Shown here: positions 40,054 to 48,051 of the stretch, in pieces
How the letters are laid out: the number at the start of each line of letters is the position of its first letter
How positions within the stretch are numbered: position 1 is the stretch's first letter
From: a virus
Taxonomy: Duplodnaviria; Heunggongvirae; Uroviricota; Caudoviricetes
DNA length: 64,000 bases
Direction: 5' to 3' (one strand)
IMG/VR virus record: IMGVR_UViG_2695420475_000001
Made by a program: the position numbers and the translations under genes
The notes under the pieces: model-generated
What the model saw: only the letters and a program-made list of their open reading frames with translations
The model's database searches: none
What the model was told of the DNA's origin: nothing

Positions 40054-40799
40054 CAGCCGAACTCCTTCGGTACATAGACTTGGTTCTGCGGTCGGATAAA
40101 GTCCGAATCCGCTGGCGGTTGGTCAGATTCTGTGATGCGGATCAGTAGACGCCAACCACGCTCAGTAGCCTGTGACGCCTGGTGGATGTTCCACCAATCC
40201 CATGAGTGCCAAATACCCTCTTGCGCAACCAGTTTCCGCAGAGTTGTGCAACCATCAATCCGGCGAGTTAATTCTGAGTAGAGCTGTTCGTCTTCGTCGT
40301 GCTCAATCGGCAGGTACAGTAATCCATCAATGAACACAGTTGGGCAGTCGTTTCCAACGTGCAGCGTGTGGTAACGCGGGTAATAGCCCTCAAGGGAACG
40401 GTAATTCTGCAGCGGAAGGGACGGCGTGCCCCAATTCGCTGGGGTCACGGTCTCGTCTGCAGCGCTGTAGCGCGGCACACCATCGGTATGCCACCCGGGA
40501 ATCGCAGGCCACCAACCAGGCATCAGCATAGAGACCTTAGTGTCCACGAAGATGTGCTTGTGGTCCCCCACAATTGGGGCTGACTGCAGGAGTCCGCGCA
40601 AGAGTGGACCTCCATAGAGCACAGCATTCGACAGGCTCGCGCGGCGCAGGTTCGGTGTCCCCTCGATTAGCGCGTGGTCGGATTCCGCTCTGGGCCCGAT
40701 CACCACAGGGTTGCGGTTAAACCAGTAGGCGGTCATAGCAGCTTCAGCTCCCCAGTAATCGGCGCGAGTTCGTCGGCGGTCGCTGGACCAATGGCACAA
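40050..40799 (-). CDS. Hypothetical protein, possible 2OG-Fe(II) oxygenase-like fold; probable start 40736
   Basis: HxD (WHTDG) and a downstream His. ATGA overlap with the Pth2 stop if the start is at 40736. Confidence 0.35.
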   Translation of the reverse strand: MCHWSSDRRRTRADYWGAEAAMTAYWFNRNPVVIGPRAESDHALIEGTPNLRRASLSNAVLYGGPLLRGLLQSAPIVGDHKHIFVDTKVSMLMPGWWPAIPGWHTDGVPRYSAADETVTPANWGTPSLPLQNYRSLEGYYPRYHTLHVGNDCPTVFIDGLLYLPIEHDEDEQLYSELTRRIDGCTTLRKLVAQEGIWHSWDWWNIHQASQATERGWRLLIRITESDQPPADSDFIRPQNQVYVPKEFGW

Positions 40800-41086
40800 C
40801 AGGTAGTTGTGAGCACGCCGTGGAACTCAGTCAATCCGTTGTCAGTAATCAATGAATTCGGGATTCCGGCCTTAACTGCCTTATCCCACAGCTCAATCAG
40901 CGCATCTTCGCTATCGACACGTACACATACCTTGGTGAAACTCCCCTGCAGCCACTCTTCAACGCGCGGATCCGAGAGGTATTCGAGCGTCGCAGCCAGC
41001 GATGCATGTGCGCCCTGTGCGACCATCTTGCCTGCACGCATACCAAGGTCTTTACGCATGACGATCATTTGCTTCAGCTCACTCAT
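40733..41086 (-). CDS. pth2: Peptidyl-tRNA hydrolase, PTH2 family
   Basis: 117 aa; MIVMRKDLGMRAGKMVAQGAHAS... typical Pth2 core. Confidence 0.7.
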   Translation of the reverse strand: MSELKQMIVMRKDLGMRAGKMVAQGAHASLAATLEYLSDPRVEEWLQGSFTKVCVRVDSEDALIELWDKAVKAGIPNSLITDNGLTEFHGVLTTTCCAIGPATADELAPITGELKLL

Positions 41087-41215
41087 CGCCGTTCACCTCC
41101 CCCATGATCTGAGCCCCGTCATACACGGTCACCGGGTCGTAGTCGCATGCCGAATCGCGGTATCCCTTCCCTGGGATTACCGGGTACTTCTCGAACCAGA
41201 ACCCCTCACCGGGCA

Positions 41216-42454
41216 CTAGGTTCCCTTCACATTCAGCACCTGGCGAAGCTCCGTGACAACCTCAACCAGAGGGGCGGCGTCACTCATCACGACGTCTATT
41301 GGCTTGTAGCAGGAAGGGATCTCGTCAATCCATTCCTCGCCGTGGCGGTACTCGATGCCTTGCATCTGGTCGGCCAGGTCTTCAAGGGTGAAGAGTTCCT
41401 TCGCCTTGGTGCGAGAGAATCGCCTCCCGGCACCGTGCGGTGCAGAGAACAGGCCATCCTTGTTGCCCCGACCCCGGACCACATAGGAGCGTGTCCCCAT
41501 CGAGCCAGGGATAAGTCCCAGCTTCCCCTCTGACGCATCGATAGCGCCCTTCCGGGTCAGCCATACCTTCCGCCCATCGATCTCAGTCTCAACCGTGTAG
41601 TTGTGGTGACAGTTCACGCGGTCGATCTCGACGCGCTGCGTTTGCACTCCAAGCCAATTCGCGAACACCTGGACGTAGCGGTCCATCATCTCGGCACGGT
41701 TCTCGTAGGCGAACTTTTGTGCCCACTGCAGATCCTTGATATAGCGATCGAACTCAGCGGTCCCCTCAGTGAGGTAAGCAAGATCCCGATTCGGCAAACG
41801 AAATTGAGGAGCGGCCTCGCCTGAGCACTTCTGTAGGTACTCATAGCGCGCAACGGCTACCTTAATGTGGCGCTGAGCGATCTTGTTGCCCACGCCCCTA
41901 CTTCCCGAGTGCAGGAACAGCCACACAGTATCTTCCAGGTCGACACACAGCTCGATGAAATGGTTACCGCCACCAAGTGAGCCCAACTGCTCCATCCACT
42001 TCGGGGAGTGAGACAGGTCTACATCCAGCTCGTTCTGAAGCCGGATGAGGCCCTCAATCCGATTACGTGTGAACGGGAACCGCTTAGTGTCCGAGTTATA
42101 GTTGCCTGGCGACAACGGGATTGCACCCTCGATGGCCACGCGCAAATCGGGCAGGCGGGGCATATCAGCCAACAGGGCGTCATCCATGATGTTGGCCCAC
42201 TCGTAGCGGGTCTTCACCGCGATCATGCCGCAGCCGATGTCCACGCCAACAGCGGCAGGAATCACAGCCCCCACGGTGGGGATGACCGTTCCAACAGCTG
42301 AACCCTTGCCACTGTGCGCATCAGGCATCAGCGCCATGTGCGGGTAGATGAACGGCAGCGAGGCCGTCTCCTTAGCCTGATCGATCGTCGTGTAGTCGAT
42401 CTCTGAGGCGAACGAGATGATGTTGTCACCAATGCGCTGGCTCAATTCCTTCAT
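41216..42454 (-). CDS. rtcB: RNA-splicing ligase RtcB
   Basis: 412 aa with conserved RtcB His/Cys metal-ligand motifs (DAHSGKGS, HNH, GAGR). Confidence 0.9.
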   Translation of the reverse strand: MKELSQRIGDNIISFASEIDYTTIDQAKETASLPFIYPHMALMPDAHSGKGSAVGTVIPTVGAVIPAAVGVDIGCGMIAVKTRYEWANIMDDALLADMPRLPDLRVAIEGAIPLSPGNYNSDTKRFPFTRNRIEGLIRLQNELDVDLSHSPKWMEQLGSLGGGNHFIELCVDLEDTVWLFLHSGSRGVGNKIAQRHIKVAVARYEYLQKCSGEAAPQFRLPNRDLAYLTEGTAEFDRYIKDLQWAQKFAYENRAEMMDRYVQVFANWLGVQTQRVEIDRVNCHHNYTVETEIDGRKVWLTRKGAIDASEGKLGLIPGSMGTRSYVVRGRGNKDGLFSAPHGAGRRFSRTKAKELFTLEDLADQMQGIEYRHGEEWIDEIPSCYKPIDVVMSDAAPLVEVVTELRQVLNVKGT

Positions 42455-42493
42455 ATACCAATGCTATTGAGCAATTCGGGGTTCATGTGGGTA

Positions 42494-42524
42494 CGAAAAA
42501 AGCCCCCAGCTTTCGCTGAGGGCT
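42494..42524 (-). terminator. Hairpin plus U-run (minus-strand sense) between the prfH-like gene and rtcB
   Basis: GCCCTCAGC-GAAA-GCTGGGGGC followed by TTTTTT in minus sense; immediately followed by the ACCCACATGAAC motif. Confidence 0.45.
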
Positions 42525-42608
42525 CTTCGAGTAGTCCATGCGGGAACCAAACCCGCACCAACACCTTGAGAGGGTGGTGTGCTCTCACTACACCAATGGA
42601 CCTTAGGG

Positions 42609-42947
42609 CTATTGCTCAACCCAATTGCCGGATTCACGAACCTCTGTCTTGAGGTTAACCGGCCACATATCACGCTCCACTTGGGCGCGTTGTAGGTCTT
42701 CGCGACCGACCTGACGCTTCACCCATAGTTGGAACTTCGGTGAGTTCGCCATTCGCCTGAACGCAGACTGCTTGTTCTGCAGCTGGCTACGCTCCTCGCG
42801 TGACTCACCCACTGCGCCAGACGGCTCATGCGTGATGCGCACACCCGTTTCGCGCTTGTTCTGGTTTTGACCGCCTTTGCCCCCAGATCGGAATGTGTCC
42901 ACACGACAATCCGAGAGGGTGACAGACAGTACCCGTTCTCTACTCAC
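42609..42947 (-). CDS. GGQ-domain peptide-release-factor-like protein (PrfH/ArfB-like)
   Basis: DTFRSGGKGGQNQNKRETGVRITHEPSG matches the class-I release-factor GGQ catalytic loop; 112 aa; adjacent to rtcB. Confidence 0.7.
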   Translation of the reverse strand: MSRERVLSVTLSDCRVDTFRSGGKGGQNQNKRETGVRITHEPSGAVGESREERSQLQNKQSAFRRMANSPKFQLWVKRQVGREDLQRAQVERDMWPVNLKTEVRESGNWVEQ

Positions 42948-43021
42948 GTCAAGTCGACCGGATTTGAACCGGCGTCCCCCGCCGTGACAGGGCGGTGCTT
43001 TAGACCTCTAAGCTACGACTC
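42948..43021 (-). tRNA. tRNA-Asp (anticodon GTC)
   Basis: Manually folded cloverleaf; anticodon stem CCGCC/GGCGG, T-loop TTCAAAT. Confidence 0.75.
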
Positions 43022-43129
43022 GAAAGAACGTTTGCCCCCAGTGGTTTTCGAGGCCACCGGGGCAGGTACGAACAACCTGAGCCAACTTTCTGGGAATCAA
43101 ACCCTGGAGCTGCTTGGCCAAAACTCCCG

Positions 43130-43201
43130 TGGAGAAACGGGGAATCGAACCCCGGACTCTGGTGTGCAAAACCAGTGCTTTACCAACTAAGCTATGTCCC
43201 C
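43130..43201 (-). tRNA. tRNA-Ala (anticodon TGC) with G3:U70
   Basis: Cloverleaf; acceptor GGGGACA/TTTCTCC including the G3·U70 Ala identity pair. Confidence 0.7.
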
Positions 43202-43227
43202 ATATTGGCCCGGAAAGGACGTTGTTA

Positions 43228-43656
43228 ATGAAGCTCAACCGCATTACAGAACTCGTAGCCAACACGACCGGCTTCGACGGCCTATCACTCCAGATCATTA
43301 AGCACGTGGATGCCGTCGAGATCTTGGACTCTGGTGTCCTCAGAGTTATCTCACGCTCAGTCCACGATGACGCTACTTGCGAAGACAGCCTCTACCTAGC
43401 ACCGGGCGAATGGAAGTCGTTCGCTCGTAGGGGCACGACAGTAGTGATCGAGTCCGAGGACCAGGTCTTTGACTTTGAGATGGGCCTCTCGACCGAAGAA
43501 TGCGTCAACTTCATCGCCGCCTATTTCGAGCGAGCGGACGGTTACGCTCCAGGCAATGCGCGCGACCTCGCCCGCGAGATAGTCTACAACCAACCGGTTG
43601 GTGTTGTGTACGGTTCCAACCACGTCAAGTTTAGGTTCGTTTCAAGCCCGAACTAG
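43228..43656 (+). CDS. Hypothetical protein embedded in the tRNA array (opposite strand)
   Basis: In-frame Met within ORF 43114..43656, preceded by GGAAAGGA. Confidence 0.35.
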   Translation: MKLNRITELVANTTGFDGLSLQIIKHVDAVEILDSGVLRVISRSVHDDATCEDSLYLAPGEWKSFARRGTTVVIESEDQVFDFEMGLSTEECVNFIAAYFERADGYAPGNARDLAREIVYNQPVGVVYGSNHVKFRFVSSPN

Positions 43657-43680
43657 TCGCCCAGGATCAAATTACTCGCG

Positions 43681-43754
43681 AGCCGCATCGAGGCCTCGAA
43701 CCCCGTACCTCTTCGTTACTAAGGAAGCGCTCTAACCTGGTGAGCTAATGCGGC
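43681..43754 (-). tRNA. tRNA-Thr-like (anticodon AGT, unusual A34)
   Basis: Cloverleaf closely resembling bacterial tRNA-Thr; anticodon loop TTAGTAA. Confidence 0.55.
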
Positions 43755-43758
43755 AAAG

Positions 43759-43829
43759 TACCTTGCGAGAGAATTGAACTCCCATCCTCGGGGTGTAAAC
43801 CCGGTGCCCTTCCGTTGGACGAGCAAGGC
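43759..43829 (-). tRNA. tRNA-Val (anticodon TAC)
   Basis: Cloverleaf; loop TTTACAC. Confidence 0.7.
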
Positions 43830-43954
43830 ATATTGAGCTTTTGGTTGAGGGTGCCAATGCTGCAGCGAGAGGTCCCTGGCGGATGCTCTATCCGCGCACA
43901 AACCTCCGGCGACAACCGAAGTCTCCACCGTAGGGTCGCCCATCCCAAGGCGTC

Positions 43955-44029
43955 GAACGAGTGACCAGATTCGAACTGGCACGACCTGTTTGGAAGACAG
44001 GGATGCTAAACCGTTAAACATCACACTCG
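43955..44029 (-). tRNA. tRNA-Gly (anticodon TCC)
   Basis: Cloverleaf; loop CTTCCAA, T-loop TTCGAAT. Confidence 0.7.
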
Positions 44030-44077
44030 CTTGAGTATGCAGATCGTAGGCTTCAAGGGTACGAAATGCGTACTGTT

Positions 44078-44148
44078 GCACGACCGACAGGAGTTGAACC
44101 TGCTTCCACGCGGCTTAGGAGGCCGTTGGTCTGTCCGAGTTACAGTCG
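44078..44148 (-). tRNA. tRNA-Arg (anticodon CCT), poorly formed D-arm
   Basis: Acceptor, anticodon and T arms fold; the D-arm is weak. Confidence 0.5.
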
Positions 44149-44155
44149 TAAGTTG

Positions 44156-44227
44156 GTAAGCCCGCAGTGAGTTGAACACTGGTTTCCGCCTTATCAGAGC
44201 GGTGTCCTAACCATTGGACGACGAGCT
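44156..44227 (-). tRNA. tRNA-Ile (anticodon GAT)
   Basis: Cloverleaf; loop CTGATAA. Confidence 0.7.
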
Positions 44228-44228
44228 A

Positions 44229-44301
44229 GTGGGTCTTACAGGGCTCGAACCTGTGTCCCCGGATTAAGAGTCCGGTGCTAATGCCATCTCAGCTAAAAAC
44301 C
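44229..44301 (-). tRNA. tRNA-Lys (anticodon CTT)
   Basis: Cloverleaf; loop CTCTTAA. Confidence 0.75.
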
Positions 44302-44314
44302 CGAGTTTTTGTGA

Positions 44315-44386
44315 GTCCACCCGGCAGGACTCGAACCTGCGTCTATGGATTAAAAGTCCACAGCTAAACCATCTCAGCTACGGGAG
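44315..44386 (-). tRNA. tRNA-Lys (anticodon TTT)
   Basis: Cloverleaf; loop CTTTTAA. Confidence 0.75.
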
Positions 44387-44957
44387 GGTACGTGACCTGG
44401 GGGTCGAACCCAGACTTTGCAGGGTTTGAGCCTGCTGCTTCTTCCTGATTGAGCGAGTCACGCTTGCTTTTCATATAATCTCTGTGCCGCTTCGCATTGC
44501 CCGCGCGACAGATTTCGCACCGGCACCCGTTCTGGTACGCCTTACGCTCGCCACAAATCGCCGGACCAATTTTGTATGGTCCGCGAACGGTGCCGCCGCG
44601 TCGAGCCGCATTCCGGGCGTCACTCCACACTCGCTGAGCCTCTTGACATACGCTGCACAAGCACTTGGCCTTTGACCATGCATACGTCGAGCCATGGGTG
44701 ATTCCCGTGTTTTCGACCGCTGTTTTGACTCGATGATGCTCACGACAAAGCAGCTGACACTTCTCAATCTCCGCGAGATGCAAGGGATTCTTGAGATTCA
44801 GGCATTTACCCGGCTCGAAACTCTTGGTTGCCGGGTCGATGTGGTCTATCTCTAAATCGTCTTCGGTACCACACTCCACACACTTACCACCCAGATAGGC
44901 AACGACTTCGGCTCGCTTACGGTGGTAGTACGCGATCTGATATTCAGCATTAGACAT
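44364..44957 (-). CDS. HNH homing endonuclease
   Basis: GKCVECGTEDDLEIDHIDP...N...LLCREHH motif. The 3' end overlaps two tRNA genes. Confidence 0.7.
   Translation of the reverse strand: MSNAEYQIAYYHRKRAEVVAYLGGKCVECGTEDDLEIDHIDPATKSFEPGKCLNLKNPLHLAEIEKCQLLCREHHRVKTAVENTGITHGSTYAWSKAKCLCSVCQEAQRVWSDARNAARRGGTVRGPYKIGPAICGERKAYQNGCRCEICRAGNAKRHRDYMKSKRDSLNQEEAAGSNPAKSGFDPQVTYPPVAEMV
44388..44462 (-). tRNA. Type-I tRNA with Leu anticodon CAA (atypical: short variable arm)
   Basis: Perfect anticodon stem GCAGG/CCTGC, loop CTCAAAC; 5-nt variable loop; D-arm paralogous to the 45004..45077 tRNA. Confidence 0.55.
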
Positions 44958-45003
44958 TATATTCTATTGTCCCACCGCATATTTCGATCATGTGGGTGAT
45001 ACG

Positions 45004-45077
45004 TAGCCCCGGAGTGATTCGAACACTCACTTGCTGGTTTCTAAGACCAGTGCTTCTGCCAGTTGAGCGACGGAGCC
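45004..45077 (-). tRNA. Type-I tRNA with Leu anticodon TAG (atypical: short variable arm)
   Basis: Anticodon stem CTGGT/ACCAG, loop CTTAGAA, canonical T-arm GAGTG-TTCGAAT-CACTC. Confidence 0.55.
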
Positions 45078-45134
45078 ATTGTGCCGATATTGCCGCGTCG
45101 GCTTTACGGTGACTCCTACTCACCGAGCGCGTCG

Positions 45135-45206
45135 AGACGAAGGCCGGGATCGAACCGGCGTGGGTCAGGGTTGCAGCCTGCCAGCTAGCCACTCACTCAC
45201 TTCGCC
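45135..45206 (-). tRNA. tRNA-Cys (anticodon GCA)
   Basis: Cloverleaf; loop CTGCAAC; 3-bp D-stem. Confidence 0.55.
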
Positions 45207-45216
45207 TTAAGCCGCT

Positions 45217-45381
45217 ATTCTGCAGCGGGTGCTGCCTTCTTCGCCGGGGCCTTCTTGGCTACCGGCTTCTCTTCCACTGCGTAGTGGAAGTCCTCAAGGG
45301 CATCCATACGGTCAATCAGGTCGTTTACCGCCTTGACGATGTCGATATGGGCGATGCCCGTGCGCAGCTTGTCAGTCATTG
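45217..45381 (-). CDS. Small basic protein with Lys/Ala/Pro-rich tail (54 aa)
   Basis: MTDKLRTGIAHIDIVKAVNDLIDRMDALEDFHYAVEEKPVAKKAPAKKAAPAAE; not in the ORF track because it is under 60 aa. Confidence 0.3.
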
Positions 45382-45929
45382 GTCGCCTCTGCTAGTCGTT
45401 TTCTGTAGTCGCGCTTACGATTTCTTGCTGCTAACCGACAGAGGCCGCAGCGGCACCCCCATCGGTCATACATTGTGCTTGTCCCATGGCGGGTTGGCCG
45501 CGTGCCATGCGTGAGCGGCATTTGGGCTGTGGTCTTGTCGCGATGACACCTCTTACAGAGGGGTTGACACTTCCTCAGCTCTGCCTGGAGTCGCGGCTCG
45601 GCCCAACTCCATATTCGGTGTGATGATTTCTCCATCGGATCGATGTGGTCGATCTCGAGTTGCCCAGTCGCACCGCAACTCACACACTTTCTGCCCTCAA
45701 AGTACCTAGCACGCCTTGCGGACTGCCGCAGTCGTTCGTATTCTCGTCGGCGGACAGGATCTTTGATTGGCATGTAACCCCTGTTTATATTGGGGTGACC
45801 GGACGGTACTGACCCGTCATCCTCGCGGTCACATCGCGAGATTCTCAACCTTTGAACTACGGTCACAGCCCCGTTGACAGGATTCGAACCTGCATGCGTT
45901 GCGCCTTCGTAAGGCGGTGGGCGCTCCAT
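45372..45929 (-). CDS. HNH homing endonuclease (probable start 45773)
   Basis: KCVSCGATGQLEIDHIDP...CKRCH motif. The N-terminal extension of the ORF would overlap tRNA-His, so the true start is likely at the MPIKDP Met. Confidence 0.7.
   Translation of the reverse strand: MERPPPYEGATHAGSNPVNGAVTVVQRLRISRCDREDDGSVPSGHPNINRGYMPIKDPVRRREYERLRQSARRARYFEGRKCVSCGATGQLEIDHIDPMEKSSHRIWSWAEPRLQAELRKCQPLCKRCHRDKTTAQMPLTHGTRPTRHGTSTMYDRWGCRCGLCRLAARNRKRDYRKRLAEATND
45794..45866 (-). tRNA. tRNA-His (anticodon GTG) with non-canonical T-loop
   Basis: Good acceptor, D, 6-bp anticodon and T stems; T-loop GTCAGTA lacks the TTC consensus. Confidence 0.55.
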
Positions 45930-45943
45930 TGCCCAACAACGGG
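45869..45943 (-). tRNA. tRNA-Arg (anticodon ACG)
   Basis: Cloverleaf; loop TTACGAA; D-stem GGGC/GCCC. Confidence 0.65.
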
Positions 45944-46080
45944 AGCAGGCGGTTTAACGTGGAGTGCCCAGCACGGAGCAGTTTTTCGTGATGTCTCAAC
46001 ACGGATGGTTCTTCCAGTTGTGAACCAACAACATTCATGGGCCAGTTTCTACCTCAGCCGTGTACTGGCAACCCTCGTCC

Positions 46081-46155
46081 GTGGCGGGTACCGGATTTGA
46101 ACCGGTGGTCTCAAGGTTATGAGCCTTGCGAGATGGCCGAGCTTCTCTAACCCGC
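46081..46155 (-). tRNA. tRNA-Met (anticodon CAT)
   Basis: Cloverleaf; loop CTCATAA; A1·C72 mismatch. Confidence 0.7.
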
Positions 46156-46281
46156 TATGTATGGTGACTCATTCCGACAGGACAGTTCGTCGCCTACCGT
46201 ATCCGCGCGAGTCAACGCGACCTTTTACGTGGAGTGCCCAGCTTTTCACCAGTAGCTGTGGAACCTGGTTTCCCTTACACG

Positions 46282-46355
46282 CCGACTCTCCCCGAATCGA
46301 ACGGGGGCGCACCGGGCTTCAACCGGTCGCTCTTACCTAACTGAGCTAAGAGTCG
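46282..46355 (-). tRNA. tRNA-Phe (anticodon GAA)
   Basis: Cloverleaf; D-arm GCTC/GAGC, loop TTGAAGC. Confidence 0.8.
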
Positions 46356-46648
46356 ATTGTTAGAGGCTGAGAGTACACCCGCTATCGAGAACCTTTCGCA
46401 GCATTATGGATTCGCTGCTTCTCCAGGCCATCCCTGACCTAGTTCTCACGCCTGGTCCGTTACCGTGAACCACTCGTTATGCCGAAAGCTACTCTGCGGC
46501 TTTCCCTTCGCGATGAGATGGCCGTCTCACTGCTGCAGTACTTGCCTACAAACCGCACTCACCTTGCGGGACTATTGTGCGGCCCAGATTCCCGAGGGTC
46601 TGGGATTAAGGCGCTTTTGCTCCTCGGCAGGGGAAGGACTTTTGCTTT

Positions 46649-46721
46649 TTATTGACGACGGGACTTGAACCCGCACATCCAGTTTCCAATAACTGGTGAC
46701 CTACCGTTGGTCTACGTCATT
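46649..46721 (-). tRNA. tRNA-Pro (anticodon TGG), copy 1
   Basis: Cloverleaf; D-stem GACC/GGTC, loop ATTGGAA. Confidence 0.55.
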
Positions 46722-47175
46722 CTCACAGCGGAGAATGATTTGACTAGAGACGTGCTTCCCCATGAAGTTCCGAACCCTTTTGGGGCACAGAATGCTTCAC
46801 GCCTCTCGTGCTTTCGCCTGGCGGGGCTAATTACACTCTCTCTCAACCGCATTGCGAGCCGTCGCCCGACGCGAGATCGATCATGGAACACGCCCTTGCT
46901 TGCGAGGCTCAGACTCAGTTCCTTCCGTTCCACAGGGCGCTTGTTCGATAGCCTTTTCACACGCACGTACGTGATGGTGTCCTCAGCACTTTGCCGTTGG
47001 ACGGGGCGTAACTCGCAACCTGGCAGCCATCACTGACTGCTCAAGGATTGGATTGCATGGATTGCCCTTGCGGGTGGTGGGTTGTCACCCCACCTTTCAC
47101 CACCTTGCGGTGGCTTATGGGCCATGCCCCGAATGTCTTAACTATATCTCCCACAACAGAGTTCGTGTGGGTGAG

Positions 47176-47258
47176 CGGAGAGGCAGGTATTCGAAACCTA
47201 CTGCGAACAGCGCTCCGGTTAGCAACCGGGCCTAGTCACCTAACTAGTTGCGCTCTCC
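47176..47258 (-). tRNA. tRNA-Ser (anticodon GCT), class II with long variable arm
   Basis: Loop TTGCTAA, variable stem GCG/CGC, T-loop TTCGAAT. Confidence 0.6.
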
Positions 47259-47338
47259 AAAATCCACCCCTTCGGCGTCGACACTGGACTCGACGCACCT
47301 GTATTCACTCTTAGCCATGGCCAGGCGGGTGGAGAACG

Positions 47339-47423
47339 AGGAAGGTAGAGGAATCGAACCCCCGAGTTTTCAGGCTCGCCCCGGTATTCGACGCCGGTTG
47401 CCGACCATTCAGCGGTGCCTTCC
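47339..47423 (-). tRNA. tRNA-Ser (anticodon CGA), class II
   Basis: Loop GTCGAAT in stem CCGG/CCGG; variable arm CGAG-loop-CTCG. Confidence 0.55.
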
Positions 47424-47503
47424 ATATGCCCCATTTTGATAACGCAACTGGAGCGGCTGCGGGCAGTCAACTCATGGCAGGTACCTACCGGTTGACTCAA
47501 AAG

Positions 47504-47576
47504 CTGATGACCCTGGATTCGAACCAAGACCTACGTGGTTCAGAGCCACGTGTGCTGCCGGTTACACCAATCATCA
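47504..47576 (-). tRNA. tRNA-Gln (anticodon CTG)
   Basis: Cloverleaf; loop CTCTGAA. Confidence 0.75.
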
Positions 47577-47640
47577 ATGCTGAGACTGGCCTTGCGGGCG
47601 GGGGAACGTTTCTGCTTGCCGCAAGCCTTCAGTTCGTTCC

Positions 47641-47717
47641 ACACCAGTCTCATTGTCTCGCCGTCAGGAGTCGAACCTGCACACCCGAAGGAGCAGATTT
47701 ACAGTCTGCGTTGATCG
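47641..47717 (-). tRNA. tRNA-Tyr (anticodon GTA)
   Basis: Anticodon arm GCAGACTGTAAATCTGC identical to E. coli tRNA-Tyr; variable arm with TTCG tetraloop; D-arm weak. Confidence 0.55.
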
Positions 47718-47769
47718 CCTATTCGCGACGAGATTGGAGCCAGTGCTCGGCTTCTCGCCGATTCGCATG

Positions 47770-47842
47770 CACACACTGACATGGCTGGCTTGGAAGGATT
47801 CGAACCTACACCTCGCGAGTTAACAGCTCGCTGCTCTACCAA
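47770..47842 (-). tRNA. tRNA-Asn (anticodon GTT)
   Basis: Cloverleaf; loop CTGTTAA. Confidence 0.7.
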
Positions 47843-47932
47843 TTGAGCTACAGGCCAAGAGCGAGGGTGGCCAGTGTCAGCGCGCTTTCTGACCTGTGCG
47901 ACCCTCTTGCCCGTCCTGCTTAGAGATGAGAC

Positions 47933-47971
47933 GGAGCCGAAAACACCCGTACGGTCATCATACGTGATGAC
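47933..47971 (-). terminator. Perfect 7-bp hairpin (GTCATCA-TACG-TGATGAC) with a downstream U-run on the minus strand, directly after tRNA-Pro
   Basis: Inverted repeat followed in minus sense by CGTACGGGTGTTTTCGG. Confidence 0.35.
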
Positions 47972-47976
47972 CAACG

Positions 47977-48051
47977 TCTGCCAGGCGCGATTTGAACACG
48001 CGATCTCCTGGACCCAAACCAGGCGGGATGGCCAAACTTCCCTACAAGCAG
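47977..48051 (-). tRNA. tRNA-Pro (anticodon TGG), copy 2
   Basis: Cloverleaf; loop TTTGGGT. Confidence 0.75.

Noticed and set aside
43022-43129. T-arm-like hairpins (GGGTTTGATTCCC and CAGGT-TGTTCGT-ACCTG) between tRNA-Asp and tRNA-Ala
   Set aside because: No acceptor or anticodon stems could be built and the spacing is too short for a tRNA. Treated as spacer.
43719-44081. ORFs 43719..44081 - and 43745..43948 -
   Set aside because: They overlap three well-folded tRNA genes. The translation is low-complexity.
46356-46648. 293-nt tRNA-free gap with hairpin CCCAGATTCCCGAGGGTCTGGG and a plus-strand T-run. ORF 46465..46668 + lies in this gap.
   Set aside because: No canonical tRNA fold was found and the ORF translation is implausible. 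A small structured RNA remains possible but is unsupported by what I can see.
46649-46721. Apparent tRNA with an 8-nt anticodon loop (possible frameshift suppressor)
   Set aside because: On re-reading the sequence I had dropped one base. The correct fold has a normal 7-nt loop ATTGGAA, giving tRNA-Pro (TGG).
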